DNA of 64,000 bases from Anolis carolinensis (taxonomy: Eukaryota): NCBI RefSeq assembly GCF_035594765.1, contig NC_085844.1, positions 89,729,923 through 89,793,922 of the forward strand, written 5' to 3'. The translations under genes and the position numbers were made by a program. Shown here in pieces: positions 62,901 to 64,000 of this stretch (position 1 is its first letter; each line of letters begins with the position of its first letter). Below the pieces are notes generated by a model. It saw nothing but the letters and a program-made list of their open reading frames with translations. It was not told the DNA's origin and did not search any database.

Positions 62901-63401
62901 CCCAACACAGGGAAAAAGAATTGCCTGTGATGAGAGATGGCTCACTTAGAATTGGAATCCACATGGAAATTCAGTAGATGGATTCCTTTTGCGGTGGTTC
63001 GTTTTTGTCATCTGTCATTTTCTATTTGTCTTTCAAATGATAGCTTCAGAGGCTGTAATGGTGAAATGTGCATCTATCTTTACTTCAGAAATTGTTAAAC
63101 ATGCATTAGAAGTTTGGAGAACCTTGTGTCTCTTTCCTTCCAGCTCCTCCCATTTCCCTTTCTTTTTCTTCTCAATGCTTCCCACTGAACCTTTGTAATA
63201 GGATTTGGAAATATTTATCCATACCTTCACATGTTGGTGGTTCAGACCATGCCTTATTATCACATCTTACAATTTTTGGTCCAAATATTTCAAAACCTTC
63301 ATGACATTCATAACGCACCTCTTGGCCAGGAAGATAGACTTGGGATCTAGCTACAAGAATATCACCATTAGCAACTACAGGAGGTTCTCTGCAAGTTACA
63401 T
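50910..63401 (-). CDS. Gene C (5'-partial): complement factor H or FH-like protein, last four SCRs; complement(join(50910-50915,53879-54075,56480-56662,61800-61973,63225-63401))
   Basis: Four sushi exons plus terminal micro-exon. Last domain LRWTGKDKLY..EFACKWGYR is much closer to FH SCR20 (LRWTAKQKLY..EFVCKRGYR) than to F13B. Gene continues past the window. Confidence 0.82.
51155..51372 (-). mobile_element. Old CR1 3' fragment
   Basis: Reverse complement of a CR1 tail (AATCATAGAGTTGGAAGGG...GGCCATCCAGTCCAA). Confidence 0.7.
52060..53560 (-). mobile_element. Degraded non-LTR retrotransposon RT (possibly RTE-X-like)
   Basis: Frameshifted motifs: STIDQSFTL, VAFIDLSAAID, GPTLFNIYMNDL, ILVYANDTVLI, NLGIVF...W.CH. 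Confidence 0.75.
53638..53760. mobile_element. Mini Penelope terminal-repeat remnant with inverted halves
   Basis: TGGCCATGTTCCA / TGGAATATGGCCA; ends CATGAAAGCCTTTGACAATAC; ACAAATCCATA repeated near both flanks. Confidence 0.7.
53879..54075 (-). CDS. Gene C sushi exon, FH SCR20-like (PCTASQEDMERNNIRLRWTGKDKLY...FEYPRCIR)
   Basis: tttctgcag acceptor, CGT|gtaagt donor; 197 nt. Confidence 0.94.
56079..56401 (-). mobile_element. Tc1/mariner MITE, ~80 bp from a gene C splice donor
   Basis: Same TIR family with TA flanks. Confidence 0.9.
56480..56662 (-). CDS. Gene C sushi exon, FH SCR19-like (EKCGRPPSIENGD...YKCQRFY...CQNGHWSDTPKCI)
   Basis: Not in the ORF track; translated by hand; 183 nt; G|gtatga donor. 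Confidence 0.93.
58533..58970 (+). repeat. ~171-bp tandem repeat, about 2.5 copies
   Basis: AAATTCCCTTG(T/C)TATATTT..AAGCAAGAA recurs at ~58538, 58710 and 58881. Confidence 0.85.
59014..60082 (-). mobile_element. L2 LINE 3' fragment
   Basis: ORF 59312-59938: VRSLGVLLDSSL, HALVTSRMDYSN, LHWLPI. Confidence 0.92.
61800..61973 (-). CDS. Gene C sushi exon (DGCPPPPDILHG...YQCDNGY...TCLKKQWSEAPQCR)
   Basis: Sushi consensus; tandem AAG/TAG acceptor (start 61976 or 61973); G|gtattt donor. Confidence 0.92.
63225..63401 (-). CDS. Gene C sushi exon, FH SCR18-like (DVTCREPPVVANG...VRYECHEGFEIFG...WSEPPTCE)
   Basis: ccccatttag acceptor, G|gtatgg donor; 177 nt. Confidence 0.93.
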
Positions 63402-64000
63402 CTAAATGGGGAGACAATACAAAAAAGAAAGACCTTTATTAATGTTTTGTAAAAACAAAAACTCACTCAGTACTTTTATTATAATGGAGAAAAATAAAGA
63501 TTCCAAGGCTTTTTAGCAAAAAAAAAAATGTCTACAATGCCTGAATGTCAATATGTAGCAGTGCAAAGAGGATTCCACTGAACTGATTCTACCATTCTTT
63601 GGTGCACATACATTTGAAGTTTGGAGTATGAATAGTTGCAGATTGTGGATGAGGAGAGTATGAATGTGCTTTATGTCCCATTTAAATACATAAAAATTGC
63701 TTGGAAGGGGCTACTGTTAAAAGGACATCACATGAAAGAAAAATAGAAACTTTTGGTCTGAATTTGTATGTTGACTGCTATGTGAACTATGGATTGATTA
63801 TTATGGTCATTAAGCATCTAGAGCGCTTCCGGACAGTGCCAACATCCATGCCAAAGTGGGTTTAAAAAACCCAATTTGGTGCTGATTCCCATCCCCACCC
63901 CCAACAAAAACGGACTTTCTGGAAAGGGGGTGTCTAGATGCCATCTTGACAACTACTAGGATAGCATCTAGCCACCCTGAATCACCAAAAAACAAGCCTT

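Noticed and set aside
50910-63401. Gene C as F13B because of its convergent orientation
   Set aside because: Its last domain matches the FH SCR20 signature rather than the last F13B sushi domain. No symbol assigned without the 5' part.

Overview
AT-rich vertebrate genomic DNA, probably a squamate reptile. Sauria SINEs, Penelope, L2, CR1, RTE/BovB, Helitrons, hAT and Chapaev3 suggest an Anolis-like lizard (inferred from repeat content only). The window holds part of a tandem complement factor H (CFH)/CFH-related cluster with one sushi (SCR/CCP) domain per exon, mostly missed by the ORF track. I reconstructed four genes from splice sites and reading phase. Gene 0 (+): terminal micro-exon and 3'UTR only (2730-~3200). 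Gene A (+): complete, 150 aa, signal peptide plus only SCR19- and SCR20-like domains (6078-15238). Gene B (+): complete, 564 aa, nine SCRs resembling FH 8-14 and 19-20 (24440-45199). Gene C (-): convergent, last four SCR exons plus terminal exon (63401-50910), with a 3' end that is an inverted paralog of gene 0. Introns and intergenic DNA are dense with TEs: a young Penelope element with a hammerhead ribozyme motif, a solo LTR with a 202-codon acidic FxGF-repeat ORF, composite Helitron and hAT elements, and a MITE with CTCF-like motifs in both TIRs. SCR numbering and residue equivalences were assigned by eye against the remembered human FH sequence, not by computed alignment.
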